The notes under the pieces were generated by a model, which saw only the letters and a list, made by a program, of their open reading frames with translations, did not search any database and had not been told where the DNA came from. The translations under genes were made by a program, and so were the position numbers. From the NCBI GenBank assembly GCA_036703195.1, contig DATNPN010000018.1, positions 52,631 to 116,630 of the forward strand: DNA of 64,000 bases, given 5' to 3'. Positions 26,899 to 36,694 of the stretch are shown piece after piece (positions within the stretch are counted from its first letter, which is position 1; each line of letters begins with the position of its first letter). The stretch is from Planktothrix sp. (GTDB lineage: Bacteria > Cyanobacteriota > Vampirovibrionia > Obscuribacterales > Obscuribacteraceae).

Positions 26899-27591
26899 TT
26901 GTGTAAGTCGTACTTCCTGTTACAGAACGGAGCCAAAGCCATGACACTGACGAAGAAGCTTTACCACGCGCGCGATATGGGGCGCAGGGCTTTCGAGCAC
27001 CTCATCGCCCCTCACTTTTTGCCCAGCGAACAGCGCCAAATCATGCGCGCCTATCGATTGGCAAAGTACGGACATCAAAGCCAGAGACGAGAAGGCGGAC
27101 AACGGTATTTCGAGCACGTCAAGGCTGTTGCCGCGATGCTCGTCATCATCGGTGTCCGAGATGCCAATGTCATCTGTGCGGCTTTGCTGCACGATGTGAT
27201 CGAAGACACCTTCATTCTCTTTTTCGAGGACATCGAAGAGTGGTTCGGCAAAGATGTTTGCCATCCGGTGAACATGGTGACTAAGCGGAAGGGCATCTCC
27301 AAGAGGCTGTACTTCAGCCGTCTTTCGGGAGATTCGGCGCCTTCATGGCTGGTCAAATGTGCCGACCGTACGCACAACATGTCGACGCTCGTCGACGGCG
27401 ACGAACAATCTCGCGCCAAGTACCTCGCCAAAAAGAAGAAGCAGGTCATCGAGACCCGCAAGCACATCATTCCGCTCGCCGAGAAGCTGGCGCAAACGCC
27501 CGGCTACGAGGAGATCGGCGCCTGGTTCGTGCATCAGCTCACGGGCTGGTCCGACCTGCGCGAACAAGAAGTGCATGCTGCCGCTGCCTGA
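26899..27591 (+). CDS. HD-domain (p)ppGpp-hydrolase-like protein (RelA/SpoT-type HD, small alarmone hydrolase-like)
   Basis: It carries the SpoT HD signature: H…KYGHQSQRREGGQRYFEHV…AALLHDVIEDT. The probable start is the ATG at 26941 (MTLTKK…). Confidence 0.7.
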   Translation: MCKSYFLLQNGAKAMTLTKKLYHARDMGRRAFEHLIAPHFLPSEQRQIMRAYRLAKYGHQSQRREGGQRYFEHVKAVAAMLVIIGVRDANVICAALLHDVIEDTFILFFEDIEEWFGKDVCHPVNMVTKRKGISKRLYFSRLSGDSAPSWLVKCADRTHNMSTLVDGDEQSRAKYLAKKKKQVIETRKHIIPLAEKLAQTPGYEEIGAWFVHQLTGWSDLREQEVHAAAA

Positions 27592-27597
27592 CAGGAA

Positions 27598-27640
27598 GGG
27601 GGCGTTCGTTAACAACACGAACGCCCTCTCCTCTTTTTTG
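27598..27640 (+). terminator. Rho-independent terminator
   Basis: The stem GGGCGTTCG-TTAACAACA-CGAACGCCC is followed by TCTCCTCTTTTTTG. Confidence 0.55.
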
Positions 27641-27933
27641 CCGTCCCCTATGCCACCATATACGGTGGCACAAACGCAGCGTGATAAGTTTGCAAGCTGT
27701 TTGCTGGGCGCATATAGCACCCCGTACGGAGAAGTAACAGCTGCGCAAGCCTGAAAAGCACGCTGGCAGCCGCTGTGTGTGACGTTAATTGGCTTTTTCA
27801 CTACGGCGATCCGCCCGCGATTCCGCAATGCCCTATTGTTGGTGGACTTTCTACAGGCATATTTTTTAAGTTTTCTCAGTCTGGTTGGCTGCGAAATCTC
27901 GTATAAACCGTATTGCCCGTTAGTAATGCATAG

Positions 27934-28275
27934 ATGACGATAGAGAAAGGACAGCAACTCAGCGTTCAGGCAATTGTGTTTATGTTTGCGATAGAAGCTC
28001 CAGCTCCAAACCGAATTCCGAAAATTCTCAGCTGGCGGAAATTACTGATCCTTGTACCAGTGGTTTTAACCGTATTGTACGGCGCAATTTGGTTGGCAGC
28101 AGAACCAATTTGCTGGCATTGTTTTCATCATGGAGGCTCCATCACCCGGTGGAATGATAAATGTGAAGTTACGGAGTATTGGTGTTCAAAATGCGATCGA
28201 CGATGGACACCACTCCTGAATCTGCATCGGGGGAAATACTTAAGCGAATGCGGACTCATGTATCTCTATTACTGA
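27934..28275 (+). CDS. Cys-rich small protein with an N-terminal TM, inside a low-GC islet
   Basis: It has a Cys/His cluster (CWHCFHHGG…CEVTEYWCSKCDRRW) suggestive of a zinc ribbon. Local GC content is markedly lower than the flanking sequence. Confidence 0.35.
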   Translation: MTIEKGQQLSVQAIVFMFAIEAPAPNRIPKILSWRKLLILVPVVLTVLYGAIWLAAEPICWHCFHHGGSITRWNDKCEVTEYWCSKCDRRWTPLLNLHRGKYLSECGLMYLYY

Positions 28276-28497
28276 GTCTCAGACTAGAACAGAGGGACCC
28301 GATCGGGTGATCACGCGAATTGCGGATCGCTGGCGGTGGTACGGGCAAGTCCGAGAAAAAGTCCGCTGTGTGTACAACAACCCTTGGCTGTTGACAGCCA
28401 GCTCCTCAGTTCACGGTACAAATTCGCGACCAATGGTTGGCTGAAACAATTTGTTGGAAGCGGCGCAGGAAGGCACACAATGCGCCTTACACCAGAA

Positions 28498-30201
28498 TTA
28501 GACTTGCGCCGTGGTGTCTTGCTCCAGTTTTTCCAGCACTGATTTTTGCAAGGCTTGGGCCGTTTTGCGGATTGATTGAATCGTGGCGGTGGCTTGCTTG
28601 AGAGAGTCTCGGCGCAATGTGCCCTCCTGCCCTTCTTGCCCCAGCCCGCCCGCATTGATCAGCACGTTGAAGTAAGCTCCCTCCGCCGCTGCGACAGCGT
28701 TGAGAACGGCGCAGCCGGAGTCGCTCAGCGAGTTGGGATTGCCATGCTCTATGACTGTGGAAGCGATGTCTAAAGCTTCAGTGCAAGCTTTTAAGACCGA
28801 CATCGGCACGTCAATCGCTTCTTTGTTGGCGGCGAAGATCGCCTGGTCGCGATCAGCGATTTCATCGGCAGTGGACTTAGCCATACGCCGCGCTTCGATG
28901 ATGCGGTTGAATGCTTGCGTGTCCGCATCGATGGCGGTAATGAATCTGGCTTTCAGCGCCTGCCCTTTCACGCCTGTTTCTTCCAGCAACTTTTTCTGTT
29001 TTTCGAAACCCTTTTTCTCAAAGGTGAGATTGGCAACCATAGCCGAAAGACTGGCGGACAGGGCGCCACAGAGTGCCGCCACGCTGCCGCCGCCGGGGGC
29101 GGGTGACTCGCTCGCCAATTCGTCGAGAAAGTCGGAGACTGTTTTGTCCTTGAGCAGTGGCTCCTTCGCTTTCACCTTGTACTCGATGATCTTTTGTTCT
29201 GGGTCGAACGGTGTCAGATCCGTCAATCCCAGAGACTGCACTGCAACGGTGATGAGCTCTTTGTCCGACACTGCTGTTGAACGTCCCTGCTTTTTCAGAT
29301 AGTGGCGTCCTGCCAGAATCATCGGCTCCAACGGCACCATGCCTACAATCTCGCTTCCGGTAACGCGCAGTCCAAGCTGCTGTGCAAGCTTGCAACTTTC
29401 GTCGAAGGCGTGTTCCAGCGAAGTGATTTTATAGTCAATCAAGTTGATCGAGATCTGTGCCCGTTCATATTCAGCCACGTACCAGCCGACGGCCCGACAG
29501 GCTTTCAGCAGCCCGGGCTCTTTGATCGGTTTGCCTTGCGCATCTTTTACTGATTTTCCTTCCGCATCTTTTTTCGCTTTCCCCGCTTCACGAATGTCGA
29601 GGGCAATCTGGTGGGCAAGCTTCTTCGAGCGCGTATTCAGGTTGACGTTGTAGGCGATGAGAAAGGGCCGCGCACCAATTACGGTGGCACCGCAGCGTTC
29701 GTTGAACACTGCCGGTCCGAAATCCGGTTTAAACCAATCTTCTTTGATCTTCTCGGGCAGCGCTTCGTATTCGCCTTTGCGAATATCGGCCAGGCTTTCA
29801 CGGTCCGGACGTTTAGCCGCGTTGGCGTACAGGTAGACGGGAATTTTCAGCTCCTCTCCTACTCGTTTGCCCAGACGCTCAGCCAACTGTGCGCACTCCT
29901 CCATCGTCATGCCAGATACCGGAATGAAGGGGCAAACGTCTGTGGCGCCCATTCTCGGGTGTTCGCCTTTGTGTTTGCGCATGTCGATCAGCTGCGACGC
30001 CATAGCGATCGCTTGAAACGCGGCTTCTACAGCGGCATCTGGCTCACCGACGAAGGTGACGACTGTGCGATTGGTGCTCCAGCCCGGATCGACATCCAAC
30101 AAGCTAACGCCCTCTACGCCCTTGATTGCGTCAGTGATGGCATTGATTACACGTTCGTTGCGACCGTCGCTGAAATTGGGAACACACTCGACCAGACGCA
30201 T
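28498..30201 (-). CDS. ftcD: Bifunctional glutamate formimidoyltransferase / formiminotetrahydrofolate cyclodeaminase
   Basis: It has an N-terminal formiminotransferase domain (MRLVECVPNFSDGRN…) and a C-terminal cyclodeaminase domain. The 567-aa length matches FTCD. Confidence 0.8.
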   Translation of the reverse strand: MRLVECVPNFSDGRNERVINAITDAIKGVEGVSLLDVDPGWSTNRTVVTFVGEPDAAVEAAFQAIAMASQLIDMRKHKGEHPRMGATDVCPFIPVSGMTMEECAQLAERLGKRVGEELKIPVYLYANAAKRPDRESLADIRKGEYEALPEKIKEDWFKPDFGPAVFNERCGATVIGARPFLIAYNVNLNTRSKKLAHQIALDIREAGKAKKDAEGKSVKDAQGKPIKEPGLLKACRAVGWYVAEYERAQISINLIDYKITSLEHAFDESCKLAQQLGLRVTGSEIVGMVPLEPMILAGRHYLKKQGRSTAVSDKELITVAVQSLGLTDLTPFDPEQKIIEYKVKAKEPLLKDKTVSDFLDELASESPAPGGGSVAALCGALSASLSAMVANLTFEKKGFEKQKKLLEETGVKGQALKARFITAIDADTQAFNRIIEARRMAKSTADEIADRDQAIFAANKEAIDVPMSVLKACTEALDIASTVIEHGNPNSLSDSGCAVLNAVAAAEGAYFNVLINAGGLGQEGQEGTLRRDSLKQATATIQSIRKTAQALQKSVLEKLEQDTTAQV

Positions 30202-30248
30202 GGCAACTCCTCATGAGCTGTGGGAATCAGAGTAAATAGGGTACCAGC

Positions 30249-30749
30249 TTAATGTTCGATCTGTTTCGCCATTTTCTGGACGAGCCCAGTCGTGCTGCGC
30301 CCGGGCACCAGTTCGATTATGTGGACTCTGCCGCCGAAAGACTCGACAACCGGTGTCTCTGCCAGTTGAGAAGGAGAGTAATCGCCGCCTTTGGCGTGCA
30401 CGTTCGGCTTGACCGCCTTGATGAATTCGACGGGCGTGTCTTCGTCGAAAATATGCACGTAGTCGACGCAAGCCAGGCTGGCAAGGATCTCTGCCCGGTC
30501 ATCCTGGCAGTTCAACGGCCGGGATGAACCTTTGAGGCGGCGCACCGAATCATCGGAGTTGAGCCCGACGACAAGGACATCTCCCAACTCGCGTGCTGAT
30601 TTGAGAGAGCGAACGTGACCGACGTGGAGCAAGTCGAAACAGCCGTTGGTAGTGACGACGCGCTTTTTCTGCCCGCGCAGTCGCTCCATCTCTTTCGCCA
30701 ATTCGTCTCGCCTCAAAACGGTTCCCACACCAAACTCCTCTCGATTCAA
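30249..30749 (-). CDS. Cytidylyltransferase-like adenylyltransferase (RfaE domain II / heptose-1-phosphate adenylyltransferase-like)
   Basis: It has the (H/T)xGH nucleotidyltransferase motif GCFDLLHVGH. The 166-aa size matches stand-alone HldC-like proteins. Confidence 0.7.
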   Translation of the reverse strand: MNREEFGVGTVLRRDELAKEMERLRGQKKRVVTTNGCFDLLHVGHVRSLKSARELGDVLVVGLNSDDSVRRLKGSSRPLNCQDDRAEILASLACVDYVHIFDEDTPVEFIKAVKPNVHAKGGDYSPSQLAETPVVESFGGRVHIIELVPGRSTTGLVQKMAKQIEH

Positions 30750-30960
30750 CCCCTTAAGATTACGGCATATTGCCTCGATCCGCTAGCCGCGCTAGACGCC
30801 CGGTTGTGGGCGCAGCGAGCATCTGCGCCCTTCAACCCTATTAGCTTGGCAACTTCTCAGCTTAGCAGCTCCTCTCGGCTCACCTCTTGAGGGTAGATTC
30901 TGGTGTTTCTCAAGCTTCTTTCTGCACAGTGATTTAAAAGCCCAGTTCTCTCAGCTATTC

Positions 30961-31500
30961 ATGAGTTTTTATCGCGACAAGCTCGCAGCGAACTGGCACT
31001 TCTCGGGCGCGCAATCCTTTCGCCGCTCACCGTTTTCCACAACCACTGGAGTCTCTATGACGACAAACCTCGACAAAGTAACTGCAGTTCAAACTCGCAT
31101 TTCCGCACTCTCCGCCCGCGTCACGACAGTGTTGCAGCACGCAAACAGCTCCGAGTGGCCGTATTCCGCACTGACCGCCGAAGTTCGTCTCTTCGCTCAC
31201 GAGATGGCAGAGACCGCCAACTCGATGCTTTCGCGCGCCGCTCACTCTGTCGGCGTCACCGTGCACGACTGCGACGGGCCGCTCAGCGCAGAGAGGACGG
31301 CGTTCATCAGCAAGCGCTTCGAAGCGCTCTCCGCTGCGAAGAACTCCTCCGTGGAGGCGCTCAGCTCGGCGTCCTTCGCCTCGGCAGACTGTTTTCTCGA
31401 CCTGGCCAATACCTTGCTGAATCGCGCCGAGCAGTGCATCGATGGTTATGAAACCATCTACGGCACTAAGATTTCGCGCGGTCCGCTCTGGGAGAAGTAA
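30961..31500 (+). CDS. Hypothetical helical protein
   Basis: It is an ORF with no recognisable motifs. The probable start is the internal ATG near 31057 (MTTNLDKV…). Confidence 0.35.
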   Translation: MSFYRDKLAANWHFSGAQSFRRSPFSTTTGVSMTTNLDKVTAVQTRISALSARVTTVLQHANSSEWPYSALTAEVRLFAHEMAETANSMLSRAAHSVGVTVHDCDGPLSAERTAFISKRFEALSAAKNSSVEALSSASFASADCFLDLANTLLNRAEQCIDGYETIYGTKISRGPLWEK

Positions 31501-31676
31501 GCGGTCAACAACTCGCAACGTAGGGACGAAGCCATTCGTCTGCAGCCGCGAGAATTTTCCCAGGTGAATAACGGCAACTGGCTGCGGGTGCTAAGCGCAT
31601 CTCTACGAGCCGCCGTTTTTCTCTTCCGACGTTGTAGTCCACGTCACAAATACTCGAGTTTTTACTCGGAAGAAAG

Positions 31677-32471
31677 ATGAATCTCATGAGATTGCAATTT
31701 ATCGGTGTCGGTGCAGCGTTTGCCTTTGACAATTTTCAAAGCAATATGGTGCTCGAAGTCGACGGCAAGCGCCTCTTGATCGATGCCGGCGGTGACGCGC
31801 GGCATGCCTTGCGGGCGCAGAATTTGAGCCATCGCAGCCTGGATGCCGTGTACGTCAGCCACCTGCATGGCGACCACGTGCATGGCATGGAATGGCTGGC
31901 GCTGGCGACATATTTCGATCCCGAGTTCAAACATGGCGACGGCAACAAGAAAAAGTTGCAGCTGTTTCTCTCCAACAAACTGAAGCGCGACATCTGGGAG
32001 CACTCGATGCGCGCCGGATGTGCCACGCTGCAAGGTGTGCGCAACACGCTCGAGACTTACTTCGACGTGAAGGGTGTTGGGCGCAACGGCAAGTTCGAAT
32101 TTGCCGGTACGTCTTTCCGCCTCGTGCAGACGGTGCACTACGTCGATGACCGCGAGATCGTGCCTTCTTACGGGTTGTTCTGGACGGCGCCCAACGGACA
32201 GGTCGTTTTCCTGACGACCGACACGCAGTTTGCGCCCGCCAGTATCAAAACGTTCATCAACAAAGCGGACGTGGTCTTTCACGACTGCGAGGTGGCGCGC
32301 TTTCCTTCCGGTATTCATGCTCACTACAGCGAGCTGAAGACCCTTCCGGCGGAGATGAAACGCAAGATGTGGCTCTATCACTACCAGGATGGAGAGAAGC
32401 CGGACTGCACCGCAGACGGCTTCGCCGGCTGGGTGACGCAGGGACAAGTCTTCGACTTCAGCGCCAAATAA
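31677..32471 (+). CDS. Metallo-beta-lactamase-fold hydrolase
   Basis: It has an HxHxDH motif (SHLHGDHVHG), an Asp in LLIDAGGD, and later His ligands. Confidence 0.65.
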   Translation: MNLMRLQFIGVGAAFAFDNFQSNMVLEVDGKRLLIDAGGDARHALRAQNLSHRSLDAVYVSHLHGDHVHGMEWLALATYFDPEFKHGDGNKKKLQLFLSNKLKRDIWEHSMRAGCATLQGVRNTLETYFDVKGVGRNGKFEFAGTSFRLVQTVHYVDDREIVPSYGLFWTAPNGQVVFLTTDTQFAPASIKTFINKADVVFHDCEVARFPSGIHAHYSELKTLPAEMKRKMWLYHYQDGEKPDCTADGFAGWVTQGQVFDFSAK

Positions 32472-32603
32472 TGCGAAAGTGGCAGCAGTGCCGGATAGGG
32501 CTGCTGTCATTTTCTTTGTTGCTCGATACTATGCTATATCGTGGATGTGGCGAAAGGCGCCGGAGCTGACAGTTTTGCTGCGCTGCTATTCGGTGTAGTT
32601 GCT

Positions 32604-33302
32604 TTAGTGCGCTTCCAGTCCGGCCATCAGCTCAGGAACGTAGAACCGATAACCAACCGACGTGGTCTCGATCAGCGGCAAGCCATTGCGATCGCCTAAT
32701 TTCTGACGCAATCGTTTAACGCACTGCCTGACCGTGTCTCCTCCGAGGTTTTCGCTCGATTGCCAAACGCGTTGCAACAGCTCGGCAGACGAGTAGGAGC
32801 AGTTGGGATGGCGGATGAGAAAGTCCGTCAGGGAGAACTCTTGCGCGGTTAGTTTGACTTCGGCACCATATTTGGTGACAGTCCTGTGCGTGAGATCGAC
32901 CGCGACGTCTGCCAGTTGGAGAATGTTGGCTGCATATCCTGCCTCTCGGCGGATTAGCGCTTTGACGCGGCAAGACAGCTCTTTCATATGAAACGGCTTG
33001 GTCATGTAATCATCAGCGCCCGACTCCAGACACTCCACTTTCGATTCGATTGTGTGCCGTCCCGAAACTACAATGATGGGCGTCTTTCTGCCACGATGCC
33101 GAACGTTTTCCAAAACATTGACGCCGTCAATTTTCGGCAGTCCCAGATCTAAGATCACCAGATCGTATTCGTTGGCGAGCAGCAGTTTAACGGCATCGCT
33201 GCCGTCATGCGCTACGTCGACATTGTGATGATCGTGATGCATCCACTCAAGCATGACTTGAACTAAATCCATTTCGTCATCGACTATCAAGAGTTTCGCC
33301 AT
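32604..33302 (-). CDS. OmpR/PhoB-family response regulator (orphan)
   Basis: It has a receiver domain (LIVDDEMDLV…DLVILDLGLP…) and a winged-helix output domain (…LIETTSVGYRF). No adjacent histidine kinase gene is present. Confidence 0.8.
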   Translation of the reverse strand: MAKLLIVDDEMDLVQVMLEWMHHDHHNVDVAHDGSDAVKLLLANEYDLVILDLGLPKIDGVNVLENVRHRGRKTPIIVVSGRHTIESKVECLESGADDYMTKPFHMKELSCRVKALIRREAGYAANILQLADVAVDLTHRTVTKYGAEVKLTAQEFSLTDFLIRHPNCSYSSAELLQRVWQSSENLGGDTVRQCVKRLRQKLGDRNGLPLIETTSVGYRFYVPELMAGLEAH

Positions 33303-33439
33303 GTCGTTTCAGCTCCGCTAGAAACTTCGCGCACTGGTTTTGCACTTCATGCGCTTACCTATACTTGGCGCCGCATCATTCGGTTTCTCCGCTAAAAACT
33401 TGTGTGAGGAGACCGTGACGGCGCTTGCCGAGCCTGCCA

Positions 33440-33525
33440 GCTACGTGACACTTTTGCTCTGACGCAGCAAACGTTATCTGTTTAACGTGACAGCAACGTG
33501 ACTAAACTCACAGTTCACGTCAGAC
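33440..33525. promoter_or_regulatory. Cluster of ACGTGAC-type direct/inverted repeats in the 520-bp region upstream of the orphan response regulator
   Basis: CTACGTGACAC (33441), AACGTGACA (33484) and AACGTGACT (33495) are spaced 11 bp apart, and the inverted copy TCACGTCAG lies at 33515. Confidence 0.3.
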
Positions 33526-33825
33526 TAAATTGCTCTTTGATTTGAGTTGTCACTAGTGTTTATACGCTCGGTCAAAGATTTGAAACCCTCTATTTGCTTG
33601 CCTCTTGCTCTTTCTCTATGAGAGAACAAGTCACTCTTATTCGCTCTTTTCTCCACGGTATTCGCACTCAGATCTCACCTCAGGCGCAGTAATCAAAGCT
33701 CTCATGTGCCGTCACAGGCGCAGTGAAGCCGTATTGCCGCTGAAAGTCGCTCTGAGTTAGCCAATTCCGCCGGTACGACTGGTGCGAACGAGGCCCATTT
33801 CACCATTCTCACAATAGGAATAGTT

Positions 33826-34368
33826 ATGAAATCAAAACTTTGTGGTTTCTTCTTGGGCTTGGCTTTCGTCATTCCCGCCGTCTGTCTGGCGCGCTGGAAT
33901 CCGGCGGTGCAGAATATCTTCTTCGAAGAACTCGAGAAGGCTCTGCCGTCGCAACAGCCGCCTCCACTCGCCTCTGCCGGCGGAACCATCTCCGTGGTTT
34001 CCTATCCGGGATTGGCTTGGGCTGTGGATAACGTCAAGAATAGTCACCGTCCGCTCATCATCTCGTTCAACTCCGTGTCCAGCGACTGCATCAGGTGGAA
34101 CGTCAATCACGTCGATGACTGCCCGGCGCAATCGACTGCGGATGTCGATATCGCCAACCATTACGCTGGCACTGTCGATGTCGTCGTATTCAACGTTCAA
34201 CTGCATCCGCAGGTGATGAACGGACCGGATGTGCAGGCCCTGCCGTCGCATATCTTCATCGCCGACTACACGGACAGCCAGCACTACACCGCCATCAAGG
34301 TGTGGGGACTGATGGACGAACAGGGGCTGGAGCAGACGATCCAGCAGACCTTCAACATCGCTCCGTAG
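33826..34368 (+). CDS. Secreted hypothetical protein
   Basis: It has a signal peptide (MKSKLCGFFLGLAFVIPAVCLA). No recognised motif was found. Confidence 0.45.
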   Translation: MKSKLCGFFLGLAFVIPAVCLARWNPAVQNIFFEELEKALPSQQPPPLASAGGTISVVSYPGLAWAVDNVKNSHRPLIISFNSVSSDCIRWNVNHVDDCPAQSTADVDIANHYAGTVDVVVFNVQLHPQVMNGPDVQALPSHIFIADYTDSQHYTAIKVWGLMDEQGLEQTIQQTFNIAP

Positions 34369-34467
34369 CGTTAGCCGCGCAGCCGTTCGCGATGCGAATC
34401 GGTTTGAGCGGTTGCGCACGTTCGCCTGAGGAAGGCGAGGAGCGGTCTACCATGGGAAATAACTATC

Positions 34468-36495
34468 ATGGGACCTAAGACTAAATGGATAAGCACTTGG
34501 TTGCCGATTATCCTGGCTATGGTGGCTGCGAACATTGGCACTGCCATACTGCTCCAGCATCTGAACAAGATGGAGCCACCGCGTGACACTGCAGTCGTCA
34601 CGCACCCGGCGGGCAAGTTGCCCCCTACTGGCACGCCGACCGCACCGGTATCCACTCCGGGCTCTGCCGCAGCACCACCAGCCGCTGTGGCGCCTGCCAC
34701 ACCGTCATGGGACGAGCGGCCTTTAACGATGAGCCAGGTTCTCTGGGAGCTGGTCAAGTCGTACGGTGCAGTTGTGATTCTCTTCGGCTTTGGCATCGCG
34801 TTCACCATCATCATGCTCCGTAAAAGCCAGAGGGAACAACGGCAGAGCGGGAAGCAGCGCATAGAGCCGAAGATGGAGAATCTGCCCGAAACGAATAAGG
34901 ACGAGGGAATCGGCGGCAGCAGAAACAACCCTCTTCTGGCACACAACAAGTCGAAAGCGACGCGCTTCGATCCTAACGGACCGAACCGCAAGCTTTTCAG
35001 AGACCTTGCCGTCGAGCAGCATGTAATGGTGACCCTGCTGGAGCTGAAAGACAACATCCTTGACGCGGCGCTATGCAAGCTCTACGGCTCCAAACCGCTG
35101 CAGAACTTAATGCTCATTGGCGGTCCAGGAACCGGCAAGACTGCAATAGTACGGGCTCTGGCGACGGAGTCCGGACTAGTTGCTTTCTTTACGGCTGGCT
35201 CCGAATTCACCGAGAGCTATGTCGGTGTCGGTGCCGCGCGAGTCCGCGATACATTTGCTCAGGCGCGTGCAGAGTATCTGCTCACCATGAGGCCGGTGAT
35301 CATCTTCATCGATGAGGTCGATGCCGTGGCTGGTGAGCGTGGGCGTGCCAGCAACACTGAGCAAGAGCAAGCTCTCAATCAGTTGCTGGTCGAGATGGAC
35401 GGTGGGCGCGACAACACTGGCATCATCGTCATCGTTGCCACCAACCGCCCCGAGATGTTGGACGCTGCCTTCAAACGGTCTAAGCGTTTTGACACCAGAC
35501 TGGTGATTGACCTGCCGGACCGTGAGCTGCGCACGAGGATTTTCCAGATTTATCTGCGCAACAAGCCCATCTCCAATGACATCGACTACGATTTTCTGGC
35601 CCGTCGATGCCCTGGATTTTCGGGAGCCGATATCGAAGCCTCCTGTGAAAAGGCGGCAGAGATAGCAAGACGGCGTCACAAAGAGATTGCCCGTCAGCTC
35701 GCTCGAGCTGGTGGTAGTCAGGTCGGTGGGTCGACGGTTCATATGATTTCTGTAGTAGGCGCCGGCAAGAAACGCCTCTTCGGCAGTAAGAGGGTGCCGG
35801 TAGCAGTGGTTCACGAGCCGGAGATTCCGCTGCTGACGACGATCACGCTCAAGGATGTCGACGAAGGCATCTCACAGGTCGAGATGGGCGATGCCCGAGA
35901 AAATCGCAAACGCTCGATGACAAAACATGACCAGGTGCAGATTTCGGTGCACGAGGCCTGCCATGCTGCAGTCATCAAAGCGAAGAAAATGTCTCCCATC
36001 GGCAAGATCACCAATCTGCCCAGGGGACAGGCGCTCGGATTCGTGCAGTGGGCTCCTGATACTGAGAGCTACCTGAAGAAGGACACTCAGATTCTGGCTG
36101 AAATAAGTGTGTTGCTCGCTGGTCGCATCGGTCAGCAGCTGTTTCTCAAGACCACGGATACCGGAGCGTCCAACGACTTCGAGCGGGCCGAAGATCTGGC
36201 TCGCTCCATGGTGACGCGCTACGGTATGTCCCGGAAGATAGGCGTCATCGGTCTGGCGGCTCACAATGCAGCTCGAAACGGCAGGCGCATCAGCGATAAA
36301 CTGGCCGGCGATATCGACGACGAAGTCTCTCGGATCTTGCAAGAGTGCGCTCAGGACACCATCGAGATTCTCAAGGAGAACAAACAGCGCATCGCCCGTG
36401 TCGTCAAAGTGCTGATACGGGAAGAAACCATCCTCGGACCGGATTTCGACCGGCTGTGGGAGGGCGAAAGCATTGTTGCGGTGACAAAGGCTTGA
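34468..36495 (+). CDS. FtsH-family AAA+ zinc metalloprotease (divergent paralog)
   Basis: It has two TM segments flanking a Pro-rich region, an AAA Walker A motif (GGPGTGKT), IIFIDEVDAV, TNRPEMLDAAFKRSKRFD, an M41 HExxH motif (HEACH), and a downstream SNDFERAEDLARSMVTRYGMS. Confidence 0.8.
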   Translation: MGPKTKWISTWLPIILAMVAANIGTAILLQHLNKMEPPRDTAVVTHPAGKLPPTGTPTAPVSTPGSAAAPPAAVAPATPSWDERPLTMSQVLWELVKSYGAVVILFGFGIAFTIIMLRKSQREQRQSGKQRIEPKMENLPETNKDEGIGGSRNNPLLAHNKSKATRFDPNGPNRKLFRDLAVEQHVMVTLLELKDNILDAALCKLYGSKPLQNLMLIGGPGTGKTAIVRALATESGLVAFFTAGSEFTESYVGVGAARVRDTFAQARAEYLLTMRPVIIFIDEVDAVAGERGRASNTEQEQALNQLLVEMDGGRDNTGIIVIVATNRPEMLDAAFKRSKRFDTRLVIDLPDRELRTRIFQIYLRNKPISNDIDYDFLARRCPGFSGADIEASCEKAAEIARRRHKEIARQLARAGGSQVGGSTVHMISVVGAGKKRLFGSKRVPVAVVHEPEIPLLTTITLKDVDEGISQVEMGDARENRKRSMTKHDQVQISVHEACHAAVIKAKKMSPIGKITNLPRGQALGFVQWAPDTESYLKKDTQILAEISVLLAGRIGQQLFLKTTDTGASNDFERAEDLARSMVTRYGMSRKIGVIGLAAHNAARNGRRISDKLAGDIDDEVSRILQECAQDTIEILKENKQRIARVVKVLIREETILGPDFDRLWEGESIVAVTKA

Positions 36496-36511
36496 TTGAA
36501 GGAGTGATTAC

Positions 36512-36691
36512 ATGCGTGAAGTGATTATTCTGACGGTGGCGAACAAGCCGCGTCTGCCCGTGCCGGCCAACTGCACGGCGCAGGACATTCGGCTCATGGT
36601 CGCTCGCCTCTACGGTTGGGTGTGCATTGGCGTGCAGCATTCATGGTGCGTGCCGATGAAGCCCAGTGCAATCAACAACTCGATTCAGTAA
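36512..36691 (+). CDS. Unannotated 59-aa ORF (below the ORF-track length cutoff)
   Basis: AAGGAG lies 7 nt upstream of the ATG at 36512. The translation is MREVIILTVANKPRLPVPANCTAQDIRLMVARLYGWVCIGVQHSWCVPMKPSAINNSIQ. The ORF sits 16 nt after the FtsH stop, and the next ORF starts 3 nt after its stop. Confidence 0.35.
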   Translation: MREVIILTVANKPRLPVPANCTAQDIRLMVARLYGWVCIGVQHSWCVPMKPSAINNSIQ

Positions 36692-36694
36692 AGG

